This document shows, one piece after another, positions 9,368-20,753 of a stretch of 64,000 bases of DNA (position 1 is its first letter; each line of letters opens with the position of its first letter). Source of the DNA: an uncultured delta proteobacterium (GTDB lineage: Bacteria > Desulfobacterota > RBG-13-43-22); assembly GCA_963711835.1 (NCBI GenBank), contig CAVQFQ010000010.1:167301-231300 (forward strand), read 5' to 3'. The notes beneath the pieces are model-generated. The model was not told the origin of the DNA, ran no database searches, and worked only from the letters and a program-made list of their open reading frames with translations. The translations under genes were made by a program, and so were the position numbers.

Positions 9368-11914
9368 ATGGACAAGCCCAAAAGGGTTAGTAGCCCTATT
9401 TATACTTTTTTCCCCACCGAAGTCGAGGGATTCGATTCCCTGGCCGAGCTGGCGCTGGATATGCACTTGTATTGGAATCATTCGGCCGATGAAGTATGGA
9501 GGCAGCTTGATCCTGCTCTGTGGGAGCTCACTTATAACCCCTGGGTCGTCCTGCAAACGATCTCACGGGACGGACTCACTCGTGCCTTAGCTGATCCGGT
9601 TTTCCGTAAGAAGGTAGATGAACTCTTACGAGACAAGCGCCATGAGGAAGAGACTCCCGCCTGGTTTCAACAAAACTATTCGCAGACACCGCTGACCTGT
9701 GTGGCCTATTTCAGTATGGAGTTCATGTTGAGCGAAGCCCTGCCCATCTATTCGGGCGGGCTTGGCAATGTGGCCGGCGATCAGCTCAAAACCGCCAGTG
9801 ATCTGGGGGTGCCGGTGGTCGGCGTGGGGCTGCTTTACCAGCAAGGCTATTTTCGCCAAGTCATAGACAAGGACGGAGCACAGCAGGCCCTCTTTCCGTA
9901 CAACGACCCCGGCCAATTACCGATAACGCCTTTGCGCGAACCGAACGGGGAGTGGCTGCGGCTGGAACTCACGTTGCCCGGTTACTCGGTCTGGCTGCGG
10001 GCCTGGCAGGTCCAGGTCGGCCGGGTGAAGCTGTATTTGCTCGACAGCAACGACCCGGCCAACTTCCCGGCTCGTCGAGGGATTACCAGCGAGCTGTATG
10101 GTGGCGGCCCGGAGTTACGTCTCAATCAAGAGCTGGTACTCGGGATCGGCGGATGGCGCCTACTGGGCGCACTGGGTCTTAAACCCGAAGTCTGCCATCT
10201 GAATGAAGGGCATGCGGCCTTGGCCGTGTTGGAACGGGCGCGAACTTTTATGGAAGAGACCGGACAACCCTTCGAAGTCGCCCTGGCCGTCACAAGAGCG
10301 GGCAACCTCTTTACTACCCATACGCCGGTGGCCGCCGGTTTTGATTGTTTTGCTCCTGTTCTCATCGAACACTATCTCGGTTGGTACGCCCAGAACAAGC
10401 TGGGCATCTCGCTCCACGATCTGCTGGCCCTTGGCCGCCGGAACCCGAACGATTCATTGGAACCCTTCAATATGGCTTACCTGGCCGTACGAGGCAGCAG
10501 GGCGGTCAACGGGGTAAGCCGCTTGCACGGGCAGGTGAGTCGGCGTATCTTTCAGATTCTTTTTCCGGGCTGGCCGGAGGACGAAGTGCCGGTGGGACAT
10601 GTGACCAACGGGGTCCATATGGCAAGCTGGGATTCGGAAGAGACCGACGCCCTGTGGACAGGATCATGCGGAAAGGACCGCTGGATTGGAACCTTGGAGA
10701 CCCTGGAAGAAGACATACGCGGCCTTCCCGACTACCGGCTCTGGGAATGCCGTGCTTCAGCTCGCCAGTCGCTCATTGAATATGTACGGGAACGGCTTTC
10801 CAGACAACTGGAAGCCGCCGGCGCATCACCCGAGGAGGTTGAGGGTGCGAAGCATCTGTTTGACCCCAACGCCTTGACGCTGGGTTTTGCCCGCCGCTTT
10901 ACTACCTATAAGAGACCTAACCTGCTGTTGCACGATCCGGAGAGGCTCCTGCGTATCCTTACCGATCCCCGGCACCCCGTGCAACTCATTATTGCCGGAA
11001 AGGCCCATCCGGCCGACCTTGCCGGGCAGGCCATGATTCAGGAGTGGACGGATTTCATCCGGCGGGACAAGGCCCGTAATCAGGTGATCTTTCTGAGCGA
11101 CTACGACATGCTTTTGACCGGGCAATTGGTGCAGGGGGTGGATGTCTGGATCAACACACCCAGGCGACCCTGGGAGGCCTGCGGGACAAGCGGCATGAAG
11201 GTGCTCGTCAATGGAGGCCTCAATCTTTCCGAGCTGGATGGCTGGTGGGCGGAAGCCTACCGACCGGAAGTGGGGTGGTCGTTGGGGGACGGCAGGGAGC
11301 ATGAAGACGAGCCGGCTTGGGATGCTGCCGAAGCCGAGGCCCTTTACGATCTGCTCGAACAGGAGGTTATCCCCGAATTCTATACCCGCGATGAGAACGG
11401 CATCCCCACGGCCTGGGTGGCACGCGTTCGGGAGAGCATGGCGCAGTTGACGCCGCGATTCTCCGCCAACCGCACGGTGCGCGAATACACCGAGCAACAC
11501 TACCTCCCGGCTGCGGCCGCCTACCGTGAGCGCGCTGCCGATAAAGGCACGGTGGGCAGGCAGGTGGTCGATTGGCAGCAGGCCCTGGAACAGAGATGGG
11601 CCACGCTGCGCTTCGGAGAAGTGAAGGTGGAATCCGACGGGGAACAGCACGTCTTTGAAGTTCAAATATATCTCGATGACCTCGATCCGAAGGCCGTGCA
11701 AGTCGAGCTTTATGCCGAAGACGCCAACGGCGACGGCCCGGTGCGGCAGGAGATGAAGCGCCTTCGCCGGCTGACGGGCGCATCGGGCGGTTATGTTTAC
11801 AGCGCATCGGTACCTGCGGCCCGCCCGGCCAATGATTATACGGCGCGGGTGATACCGCGCTTCCCAAGCGTTCGGGTGCCTCTCGAAGCTGCTCGAATCC
11901 TATGGCAAAAGTGA
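9368..11914 (+). CDS. glgP: alpha-glucan (glycogen) phosphorylase
   Basis: YFSMEF, YSGGLG, HLNEGH, EACGTSGMK (PLP lysine). Confidence 0.95.
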   Translation: MDKPKRVSSPIYTFFPTEVEGFDSLAELALDMHLYWNHSADEVWRQLDPALWELTYNPWVVLQTISRDGLTRALADPVFRKKVDELLRDKRHEEETPAWFQQNYSQTPLTCVAYFSMEFMLSEALPIYSGGLGNVAGDQLKTASDLGVPVVGVGLLYQQGYFRQVIDKDGAQQALFPYNDPGQLPITPLREPNGEWLRLELTLPGYSVWLRAWQVQVGRVKLYLLDSNDPANFPARRGITSELYGGGPELRLNQELVLGIGGWRLLGALGLKPEVCHLNEGHAALAVLERARTFMEETGQPFEVALAVTRAGNLFTTHTPVAAGFDCFAPVLIEHYLGWYAQNKLGISLHDLLALGRRNPNDSLEPFNMAYLAVRGSRAVNGVSRLHGQVSRRIFQILFPGWPEDEVPVGHVTNGVHMASWDSEETDALWTGSCGKDRWIGTLETLEEDIRGLPDYRLWECRASARQSLIEYVRERLSRQLEAAGASPEEVEGAKHLFDPNALTLGFARRFTTYKRPNLLLHDPERLLRILTDPRHPVQLIIAGKAHPADLAGQAMIQEWTDFIRRDKARNQVIFLSDYDMLLTGQLVQGVDVWINTPRRPWEACGTSGMKVLVNGGLNLSELDGWWAEAYRPEVGWSLGDGREHEDEPAWDAAEAEALYDLLEQEVIPEFYTRDENGIPTAWVARVRESMAQLTPRFSANRTVREYTEQHYLPAAAAYRERAADKGTVGRQVVDWQQALEQRWATLRFGEVKVESDGEQHVFEVQIYLDDLDPKAVQVELYAEDANGDGPVRQEMKRLRRLTGASGGYVYSASVPAARPANDYTARVIPRFPSVRVPLEAARILWQK

Positions 11915-12099
11915 TTCGATGGCCATAATTACTTAGAAATACTATATAGGGGCAGGGGCCTCTTCTTGGTGCCTCGAACCCCATTTCCTTTATCACTAGG
12001 TTACCATCAATCGAAGGACGGGAGTTCTTGAAAAGGCCGCTCCCCAAGAATACCCGATATCAGAAGACGGCCTGATACCCCGTTGATCCGTAGAACCCG

Positions 12100-12702
12100 A
12101 TGCCCATAATAACCGGCTTAGAACATTTTCATTATCTGGGGCTTTTCATCCTCCTTCTTTTAGGGGGGATCGGATTACCTTTTCCGGAAGATGCTACACT
12201 AATTCTTTGCGGATTTTTAATCTCTACCCAGGTCGTAAAACCCATTCCGGCTTTGCTGACCGTCTATGTCGGTCTTTTGACAGCCGATATGATTCTCCAT
12301 TTCATAGGAAGAAAATACGGGAGGCAAATCGTTACCCACCCTCGATTTCAAAAACTGCTTTCTCCGGAAAGGCTTTCTTACCTGGAGGAGAAGTTCAATC
12401 AAAGAGGGGTCCTTTTTATCCTTTTGGGAAGGCATCTCGTCGGTCTTCGAGCCCAAATTTTTCTGGTCTCCGGTGTCATGAGGATGCCCGCTTTCAAATT
12501 TTTATTGGCTGACGGGTTTTCCTCTATTTTTTCCATAGCGCTGATGACCGGGGCAGGCTATCTGGGAGGAAACAGCCTCAACGCCTTGAGGAAGGATATA
12601 AGCAGAGTGGAACACCTGGGGATAGTGATCCTGGTATCAGCCCTGGCCGTCTATCTGATATTCAGATATGTTAAGCCCAGGAAAAAAGGAAGCCCGCCAT
12701 GA
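12100..12702 (+). CDS. DedA family membrane protein
   Basis: GLPFPEDATL, GR.YG, LLGRHLVGLR. Confidence 0.9.
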   Translation: MPIITGLEHFHYLGLFILLLLGGIGLPFPEDATLILCGFLISTQVVKPIPALLTVYVGLLTADMILHFIGRKYGRQIVTHPRFQKLLSPERLSYLEEKFNQRGVLFILLGRHLVGLRAQIFLVSGVMRMPAFKFLLADGFSSIFSIALMTGAGYLGGNSLNALRKDISRVEHLGIVILVSALAVYLIFRYVKPRKKGSPP

Positions 12703-15221
12703 TTCAACCGCCAATCGTCTTTTGGAGCCTTCCTGCCGATCAATTACTGCAGCAGCTTGAGACTACCCCGGAGGGCTTAACGGAGGCCGAAGCCCGGCAG
12801 CGGCTGCAGCGCTACGGGCCTAACCTCCTTAAACCGGCAAGAAGATCCGATGCCCTGACCCTTTTCTTCGGTCAATTCAAGAGCCCCATCATCCTGATCC
12901 TGATCTTTGCCGCCGGGTTATCTTTCGTACTTCAGGACCCGGTCGATGCCCTGATTATCCTGGGCATTGTTCTGGTCAGCGGCCTCTTGGGCTATTGGCA
13001 GGAACGGGGGGCAGCCGATGCGATCAAGAAATTATTGGCAGTGGTGCAAATCAAGGCGACGGTCCGGCGCGATGGCGTCCCCAAGGAACTCCCGGTAGAA
13101 GAGATCGTTCCCGGGGATGTCATTCAACTTACTGCCGGGGATGTCATACCCGGCGATGGGTTGCTTCTTAAATCCAAAGATCTCTTTGTGGATGAGGCCA
13201 CCTTGACCGGAGAGACCTATCCGGTTGAAAAAATGGCCGCGGTGCTGGCACTTGAAACCCCACTGGCTCAAAGGACCAACACCCTTTTTATGGGAACCCA
13301 TGTGGTCAGCGGCAGCGCCCAGGCCCTGGTAGTCCAAACCGGAATCGAAACCGAATTCGGACGGGTTTCCGAAAGGCTGAAACTCAGGCCTCCCGAGACC
13401 GAGTTTGAACGCGGAGTCAGGCGCTTCGGCTACCTGCTCATGGAAGTTACCTTGATCCTGGTGATGGCCATCTTTGCCATCAATGTCTATTTGGCCCGGC
13501 CGGTGCTGGAATCGTTTCTTTTTTCCCTGGCTTTGGCTGTTGGATTAACCCCTCAGCTTTTACCCGCGATTATCAGCATCAACCTGGCTCATGGCGCCAA
13601 AAAAATGGCCCAGGAAAAGGTGATTGTTAAGCGCTTATCCTCGATTGAAAATTTCGGCAGCATGAACGTCCTTTGTTCCGACAAGACCGGGACGCTGACC
13701 GAGGGGTTGGTCAAGGTCCACTCGGCCCTGGATTGGGAGGGCCGGGAAAACGAAAAGGTTCTGCGCTACGCCTATCTGAATGCTTATTATGAGACCGGTT
13801 TTACCAACCCCATCGACCAGGCCATCCGGACCTTCCGCACCTTTGACCTGTCCGGCTTCGGGAAGCTCGACGAGGTCCCTTATGATTTTATTCGGAAACG
13901 ATTGAGTATCCTGGTTACCCAAGGAGATAAACATCTTATCATTACCAAGGGTGCTCTGGCCAATGTCCTGGCGGTCTGCTCCCGGGCGGAAACATCCACT
14001 GGGACCCTTTTGGAACTGAGCCAGGTTCGGGAGCAGATCGACCACCACTTTAAAGAGTTTAGCCGGCAAGGCTTCCGCATGCTCGGGGTGGCCTATCGGG
14101 AATGGGAAGCCAACCTGGCCCTGACCAAAGACTCGGAGAGCGGGTTGATATTTTTAGGGTTCCTGGTCCTCTTTGACCCACCCAAGGGCGGTATTGTGGA
14201 GACCATTCGTCACCTCAAGAGTATGGGTGTTTCACTCAAGATCATTACCGGGGATAACCGTCTGGTGGCGGCTACGATCGGCCAAGAGATGGGGCTTTCA
14301 AGTCTAAAAATAATCACCGGCCCCGAACTTCAAAAGACCAGCAACAGGGCCTTGTTACAAAAAGTCAATGAGGTGGATATCTTTGCGGAGGTCGAACCCA
14401 ACCAGAAAGAGCGTGTTATCCTGGCCCTGAGAAAAGCGGGGAATGTCGTCGGCTACATGGGGGATGGGATTAATGATGTCTCGGCCCTCCATGCGGCCGA
14501 TGTGGCCATTTCGGTAGACCAGGCCGTGGATGTGGCCAAAGAGGCGGCTGATATTGTCCTTCTTGAAAAGGATTTAAAGGTTCTGGCCCAGGGTATCGGC
14601 GAAGGACGACGCACCTTTGCCAATACCCTTAAGTATGTCTTCATGGCCACCAGCGCCAATTTCGGGAATATGTTCAGCATGGCCGGGGCCTCACTCTTTT
14701 TGCCCTTTCTGCCTCTGCTCCCCAAACAGATCCTGCTGACCAATTTGCTGACTGATTTTCCTGAGTTGACCATTGCCACCGACCGCATCGACCCGGAAAT
14801 GGTCGAAAAACCGCGCCGCTGGAATATCCGCTTCATACGCAATTTTATGATAACCTTCGGTTTGATCAGTTCGATCTTCGACTATTTAACTTTTGGAGTT
14901 CTCATTTTTCTCCTGAAGGCCCAGCCCGAACAGTTCCGGAGCGGCTGGTTTATTGAATCGGTCATTTCGGCCTCCATGATCGTGCTGGTAATACGCACCC
15001 GACAGCCCTTTTTTAAAAGCAAACCCAGTAAATATCTAACGCTGGCCACCCTGATCGTAACCGGGGTAACCCTGATATTTCCCTTTACCCCCCTGGGGGA
15101 GCTGTTTGGTTTTAAAGCCCTCCCTTTCTATTTTCTTTTCTTATTGACCGTCATTTTGGGGATGTATATTGTTACCGCGGAGGTGGCGAAAAAGATCTTT
15201 TATCAAAAAATGAGGAGGTAA
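12699..15221 (+). CDS. mgtA: Mg2+-translocating P-type ATPase
   Basis: AVGLTPQLLP, DKTGT, PYDFIRKRLS, GDGIND, TSANFGNMFS. Confidence 0.9.
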   Translation: MIQPPIVFWSLPADQLLQQLETTPEGLTEAEARQRLQRYGPNLLKPARRSDALTLFFGQFKSPIILILIFAAGLSFVLQDPVDALIILGIVLVSGLLGYWQERGAADAIKKLLAVVQIKATVRRDGVPKELPVEEIVPGDVIQLTAGDVIPGDGLLLKSKDLFVDEATLTGETYPVEKMAAVLALETPLAQRTNTLFMGTHVVSGSAQALVVQTGIETEFGRVSERLKLRPPETEFERGVRRFGYLLMEVTLILVMAIFAINVYLARPVLESFLFSLALAVGLTPQLLPAIISINLAHGAKKMAQEKVIVKRLSSIENFGSMNVLCSDKTGTLTEGLVKVHSALDWEGRENEKVLRYAYLNAYYETGFTNPIDQAIRTFRTFDLSGFGKLDEVPYDFIRKRLSILVTQGDKHLIITKGALANVLAVCSRAETSTGTLLELSQVREQIDHHFKEFSRQGFRMLGVAYREWEANLALTKDSESGLIFLGFLVLFDPPKGGIVETIRHLKSMGVSLKIITGDNRLVAATIGQEMGLSSLKIITGPELQKTSNRALLQKVNEVDIFAEVEPNQKERVILALRKAGNVVGYMGDGINDVSALHAADVAISVDQAVDVAKEAADIVLLEKDLKVLAQGIGEGRRTFANTLKYVFMATSANFGNMFSMAGASLFLPFLPLLPKQILLTNLLTDFPELTIATDRIDPEMVEKPRRWNIRFIRNFMITFGLISSIFDYLTFGVLIFLLKAQPEQFRSGWFIESVISASMIVLVIRTRQPFFKSKPSKYLTLATLIVTGVTLIFPFTPLGELFGFKALPFYFLFLLTVILGMYIVTAEVAKKIFYQKMRR

Positions 15222-15291
15222 AATGAGGAGGAAGGATTGAGAATTATCATACGCACACAGGATACGGCTTCATTTTTGGAGGATAGTTATC

Positions 15292-15717
15292 ATGGCAAAA
15301 GGATCAGAAAATAAAAAATTAAGCAAGATTGCGAACCGCCGCGTTCATATGGCCAATGAAAGGACATTCCTCGCTTGGATCAGGACCAGCATCGGGATCA
15401 TGGCCTTCGGGTTTGTCGTTGAGAAATTCGCCCTGTTTCTAAAACAAGTCTCTTTTTTTTTAGGGAAAGTGGGCCCTCCCCACCCGGAATCTCTTCCTCC
15501 CCATTTGACCCCTCCCGGGTGGTCCTCCATTTTTGGGATCTTCCTGGTGGGGTTGGGGGCCCTGATGGGGGTCCTGGCCTTCATTCGCTACAAGAAAACA
15601 GAAAAACAGATTGACCAGGATACCTGGCACCCTTCGTTGCTGTTGGATATTCTGTTGACCATGGCGATTGCCGCTATAGGCGTTTTTTTGATCATCTATC
15701 TGGTTCATAGTTTATAA
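15292..15717 (+). CDS. DUF202/YidH family membrane protein
   Basis: HMANERTFLAWIRT signature. Confidence 0.9.
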   Translation: MAKGSENKKLSKIANRRVHMANERTFLAWIRTSIGIMAFGFVVEKFALFLKQVSFFLGKVGPPHPESLPPHLTPPGWSSIFGIFLVGLGALMGVLAFIRYKKTEKQIDQDTWHPSLLLDILLTMAIAAIGVFLIIYLVHSL

Positions 15718-15788
15718 AATCAAAAAGACCCTATCTCCAATCACTGAGAAAATGGTTAAATCAACAAAAATTTCAAAGGGCGTCAGAA

Positions 15789-17015
15789 ATGGATAATAGC
15801 TCGAGAGGGGTCCTGGCGGTAATCGGAAGCTCCCTGGCCATCTTCTGGCCGGGGGCCTTTATCTTCGGGTATCCGGGCGTCATGGGCCCATACTGGCAGA
15901 AAATGTTCGGGGTCGGAAGAGGTCCCATCGGCAACAGCCTCTTTTTTGTCCTGGCGGCCGTAGGCATTTTTATGTTTTTTGTCGGGCGCTGGCAGGAGAA
16001 GTTGGGCACCCGGAAAATGATTTCGATCGGGGCTTTTCTCTGCGGGACAAATACCCTTTTTGCGGCCTATGTTACCAACCTCTTCCTGCTCTATCTCTGG
16101 GCCTTCCTTAATGGGCTGGCCTCCTGCTTCATCTACCTCCCGGCCTTAACCACGGTACAACGCTGGTATCCTCACAAAAAAGGGTTGGTCTCGGGTGTCG
16201 TCAATCTGGCCTTTGGGATTTCAGCGGCCGTTATGGCCCCTCTTTTCGGCTGGCTGTTCCATTGGTTAGGCTATGTCTCCATGAATCAGGTTCTGGCTGT
16301 GGCTGCTCTGGTCATCGGTGTACTGGCTGCTCAATTCACCGAGGTCCCGGAACAAATTATAGGATCCAATGCCGGCGACAAGGCCAGGCCGGCAAGCCTT
16401 GCGGTTCAAGCCGGTACTGCCCTGACGGTAAGGGAAAGTCTCCGAACCAAAAACTTTTGGTTCCTCTGGCTAACCTGGGCCCTGCAGGGGTCCGCCGGTA
16501 TCGCTATGGTGACCCTGTCGGTCAATTTTGGGCTTTCCAAAGGAATGGCCATGACCTCGGCCGTTTTAATTTTAACCGCCTTTAACGTCACTAACGGTCT
16601 GAGCCGTCTGGTGATGGGATACCTTTCGGATCGACTGCCGAGGAATAAGGCCATGGGTCTTACTTTTTTAGCCGCCGGCTGCTCTTTCCTCGTTTTGGGT
16701 TATCTGGATAATTTCATGGTGATCCTATTTCTTTCGGCCGTCATCGGCTTTGCCTTCGGTACCTTATTTGCCGTCTCGGCTCCACTGGTTTCGGATTGTT
16801 TCGGGCTGAAGCATTTCGGGGCCGTATTCGGCCTGGTCTTTACGGCCTATGGTTTTCTGGCCGGACCCTTAGGGCCTTCTTTAAGCGGCTATCTATTGGA
16901 TCTGACCGAGGGCAGCTTCCTGATTGTCTTCACCTATCTGGGCCTCTTTTGCCTGCTTTCAAGCATCCTGATCCGCCGGGTGGTTCCCTTCGGAGCAACT
17001 GATCCTTCTTCTTAA
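15789..17015 (+). CDS. MFS transporter, OFA/monocarboxylate-like
   Basis: 12 TM helices, RWYPHKKGLVSG, GYLSDRL, FGLKHFG. Confidence 0.85.
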   Translation: MDNSSRGVLAVIGSSLAIFWPGAFIFGYPGVMGPYWQKMFGVGRGPIGNSLFFVLAAVGIFMFFVGRWQEKLGTRKMISIGAFLCGTNTLFAAYVTNLFLLYLWAFLNGLASCFIYLPALTTVQRWYPHKKGLVSGVVNLAFGISAAVMAPLFGWLFHWLGYVSMNQVLAVAALVIGVLAAQFTEVPEQIIGSNAGDKARPASLAVQAGTALTVRESLRTKNFWFLWLTWALQGSAGIAMVTLSVNFGLSKGMAMTSAVLILTAFNVTNGLSRLVMGYLSDRLPRNKAMGLTFLAAGCSFLVLGYLDNFMVILFLSAVIGFAFGTLFAVSAPLVSDCFGLKHFGAVFGLVFTAYGFLAGPLGPSLSGYLLDLTEGSFLIVFTYLGLFCLLSSILIRRVVPFGATDPSS

Positions 17016-17059
17016 GTCGCCTATCCTCCCCTTCCCCCGGCACCAGCACCCAACTAAAA

Positions 17060-17100
17060 TACATTAATGTAATTTATTTTAAAATAATTACATAATTGTT
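17060..17100. promoter_or_regulatory. paired putative enhancer (bEBP) sites
   Basis: TACATTAATGTA (17060-71, perfect palindrome) and TACATAATTGTT (17089-100); a similar pair occurs at 20006-20049. Confidence 0.6.
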
Positions 17101-17181
17101 TATTCTCTCCAGGTCTTGTCTCGACTCCAAACAACGCATAACAGTCTAAAATTATTTAGAAAAATAAAAAATTATCTCAAC

Positions 17182-17197
17182 TGGCACGGTTTCTGCT
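17182..17197 (+). promoter_or_regulatory. sigma54 -24/-12 promoter
   Basis: TGGCACGGTTTCTGCT (GG-N10-GC) upstream of porin-amtB-PII. Confidence 0.85.
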
Positions 17198-17285
17198 TCT
17201 TTTGATGGACCATACAGGATCCGGATCTATCATCTCAGAAGCCAGTGCGCTTACTATCAAAGAAGAAACCAGGAGGAAAAGAAAA

Positions 17286-18092
17286 ATGAAACTCAAAAAA
17301 TGTGCGGCCGTAATGACCCTAACCTTACTGTTAACCGGCGCTTCCGCAGCCGTTGTTTCTGCCGAAGAAAAAAAAGAAGACCCCAAGCCGTACTTCAGCG
17401 GTGCTGCGGCCGGATTGAGCCAGTATATCTGGCGCGGCTATGAGCTGAGCAAAGACAGCGTTGTCATTCAGCCTTCCCTGACCGTCGGCTACCGGGGATT
17501 TGAGGCCAATCTCTGGGGTAACCTGGACACCAATGATAAATACACCAGAGTCGATAAGACCAATTGGAACGAAACCGACTTGACCTTTTCCTATACCCAT
17601 GATCTGGGGCCGGTTAAACTAACCGGGGGGTATATTTACTATGCCCTCGAAGGGGCGGATGATTCGCAGGAATTATTTCTAAAGGTGGCGGGGAATATGC
17701 TCTTGTCCCCCACGCTGGCCGTCTACAGGGAAATTGCGAATTATCCCGGCTGGTATTTCAACCTTGGTATTGGTCATTCCATCAACTTGACCAAGGAGAT
17801 CACCCTCGATCTGGGGGCCGCCATCGGCTCTCAGATTTCCGATACCGATAAAATTGTAAAATACAATTCCAACGGGCAGCCGACCAGCGACAAATACAAT
17901 TCGCTGCATTTGCACGATGGCAATTTTTCGGTGGGGCTGACCATTCCCTTCGGCAAGTACTTTTCGGTCAAACCGGTGCTCTACTACTCGATGGCCCTGT
18001 CGGACGACGCCAAGAACCGCATCCGGGGAACCAGCCTGAGCGATAAAAACGACTTTCTATACGGCGGGATCACCCTGACCGCTTCTTTTTAG
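17286..18092 (+). CDS. putative outer-membrane porin (TorF/Gcw_chp-like)
   Basis: SD AGGAGG, signal peptide, SQYIWRG..L, VIQP, ETDLTFSY, C-terminal Phe; first gene of the amtB operon. Confidence 0.7.
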   Translation: MKLKKCAAVMTLTLLLTGASAAVVSAEEKKEDPKPYFSGAAAGLSQYIWRGYELSKDSVVIQPSLTVGYRGFEANLWGNLDTNDKYTRVDKTNWNETDLTFSYTHDLGPVKLTGGYIYYALEGADDSQELFLKVAGNMLLSPTLAVYREIANYPGWYFNLGIGHSINLTKEITLDLGAAIGSQISDTDKIVKYNSNGQPTSDKYNSLHLHDGNFSVGLTIPFGKYFSVKPVLYYSMALSDDAKNRIRGTSLSDKNDFLYGGITLTASF

Positions 18093-18237
18093 CTTAGGTT
18101 AATAGTGTCAGACTAAAAACAACCCGCTTGCACAGGGGTTGCTCTTAGAAGAAGTCAGGTGACGATCCGGATGGGTTGTCAATCCAAAAATTCAAGATCC
18201 AATAATCTTGAGAATAAATATAAGGAGGAAATACATC

Positions 18238-19817
<1,580 letters not shown>

Positions 19818-19823
19818 CCCTGG

Positions 19824-19905
19824 AGCAATCGGCTCTTGGCGGTCAGCGGTCAGTAAAAGCACAAGGCCTTTGGAAGTCCACAAGCTGACTGCTGGTCGCC
19901 GGCCG
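19824..19905. repeat. inverted heptamer-repeat hairpin after glnK
   Basis: GGCGGTCAGCGGTCAGT (19838-54) pairs with GCTGACTGCTGGTCGCC (19884-900) using G-U pairs. Confidence 0.6.
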
Positions 19906-20005
19906 TTTTGGAGCGGAGTTGTTGATTATGTCAAAGACGGCCCGCCAAGTCTTTTCCTGTTACCTGAAGCTTCCGGAAAAGAAATAATTCCAGGAAAAAA
20001 ATTTT

Positions 20006-20049
20006 TACATTTTTGTATAAAATTAATTTAAAATGATTGCATAAATGTA
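20006..20049. promoter_or_regulatory. paired putative enhancer (bEBP) sites
   Basis: TACATTTTTGTA (20006-17) and TGCATAAATGTA (20038-49). Confidence 0.6.
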
Positions 20050-20123
20050 ACTTGCTTTTTATTGGGGAAAGCCATTTTTTATAAACAGACTGATATTATT
20101 GATTAATTGATGTTCAAAATCAA

Positions 20124-20139
20124 TGGCATAACGATTGCA
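20124..20139 (+). promoter_or_regulatory. sigma54 -24/-12 promoter
   Basis: TGGCATAACGATTGCA upstream of glnB-glnD-glnA. Confidence 0.85.
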
Positions 20140-20173
20140 GTTTTAGAAAATGTTCGCCCTCTAACCCTTTTAA

Positions 20174-20575
<402 letters not shown>

Positions 20576-20753
20576 TAAATCCGAGTTACTGGGTGCTGGT
20601 TTCTGGATAGGTGATAAAAGCAAGCACTGATGCTGAAACCGGGATAACCATCACGATGTAATGCTGGTGGCCTAAAAATACGCATCCGTGGTTTCAACAG
20701 GTTTCCTTATCGAGCAGCCAGTATCTAGAAACCGAGATCAGACCAGACCAATA

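Noticed and set aside
20623-20634. ANTAR-like hairpin AGC-ACTGAT-GCT before glnD
   Set aside because: A single 3-bp stem with no convincing partner hairpin or terminator
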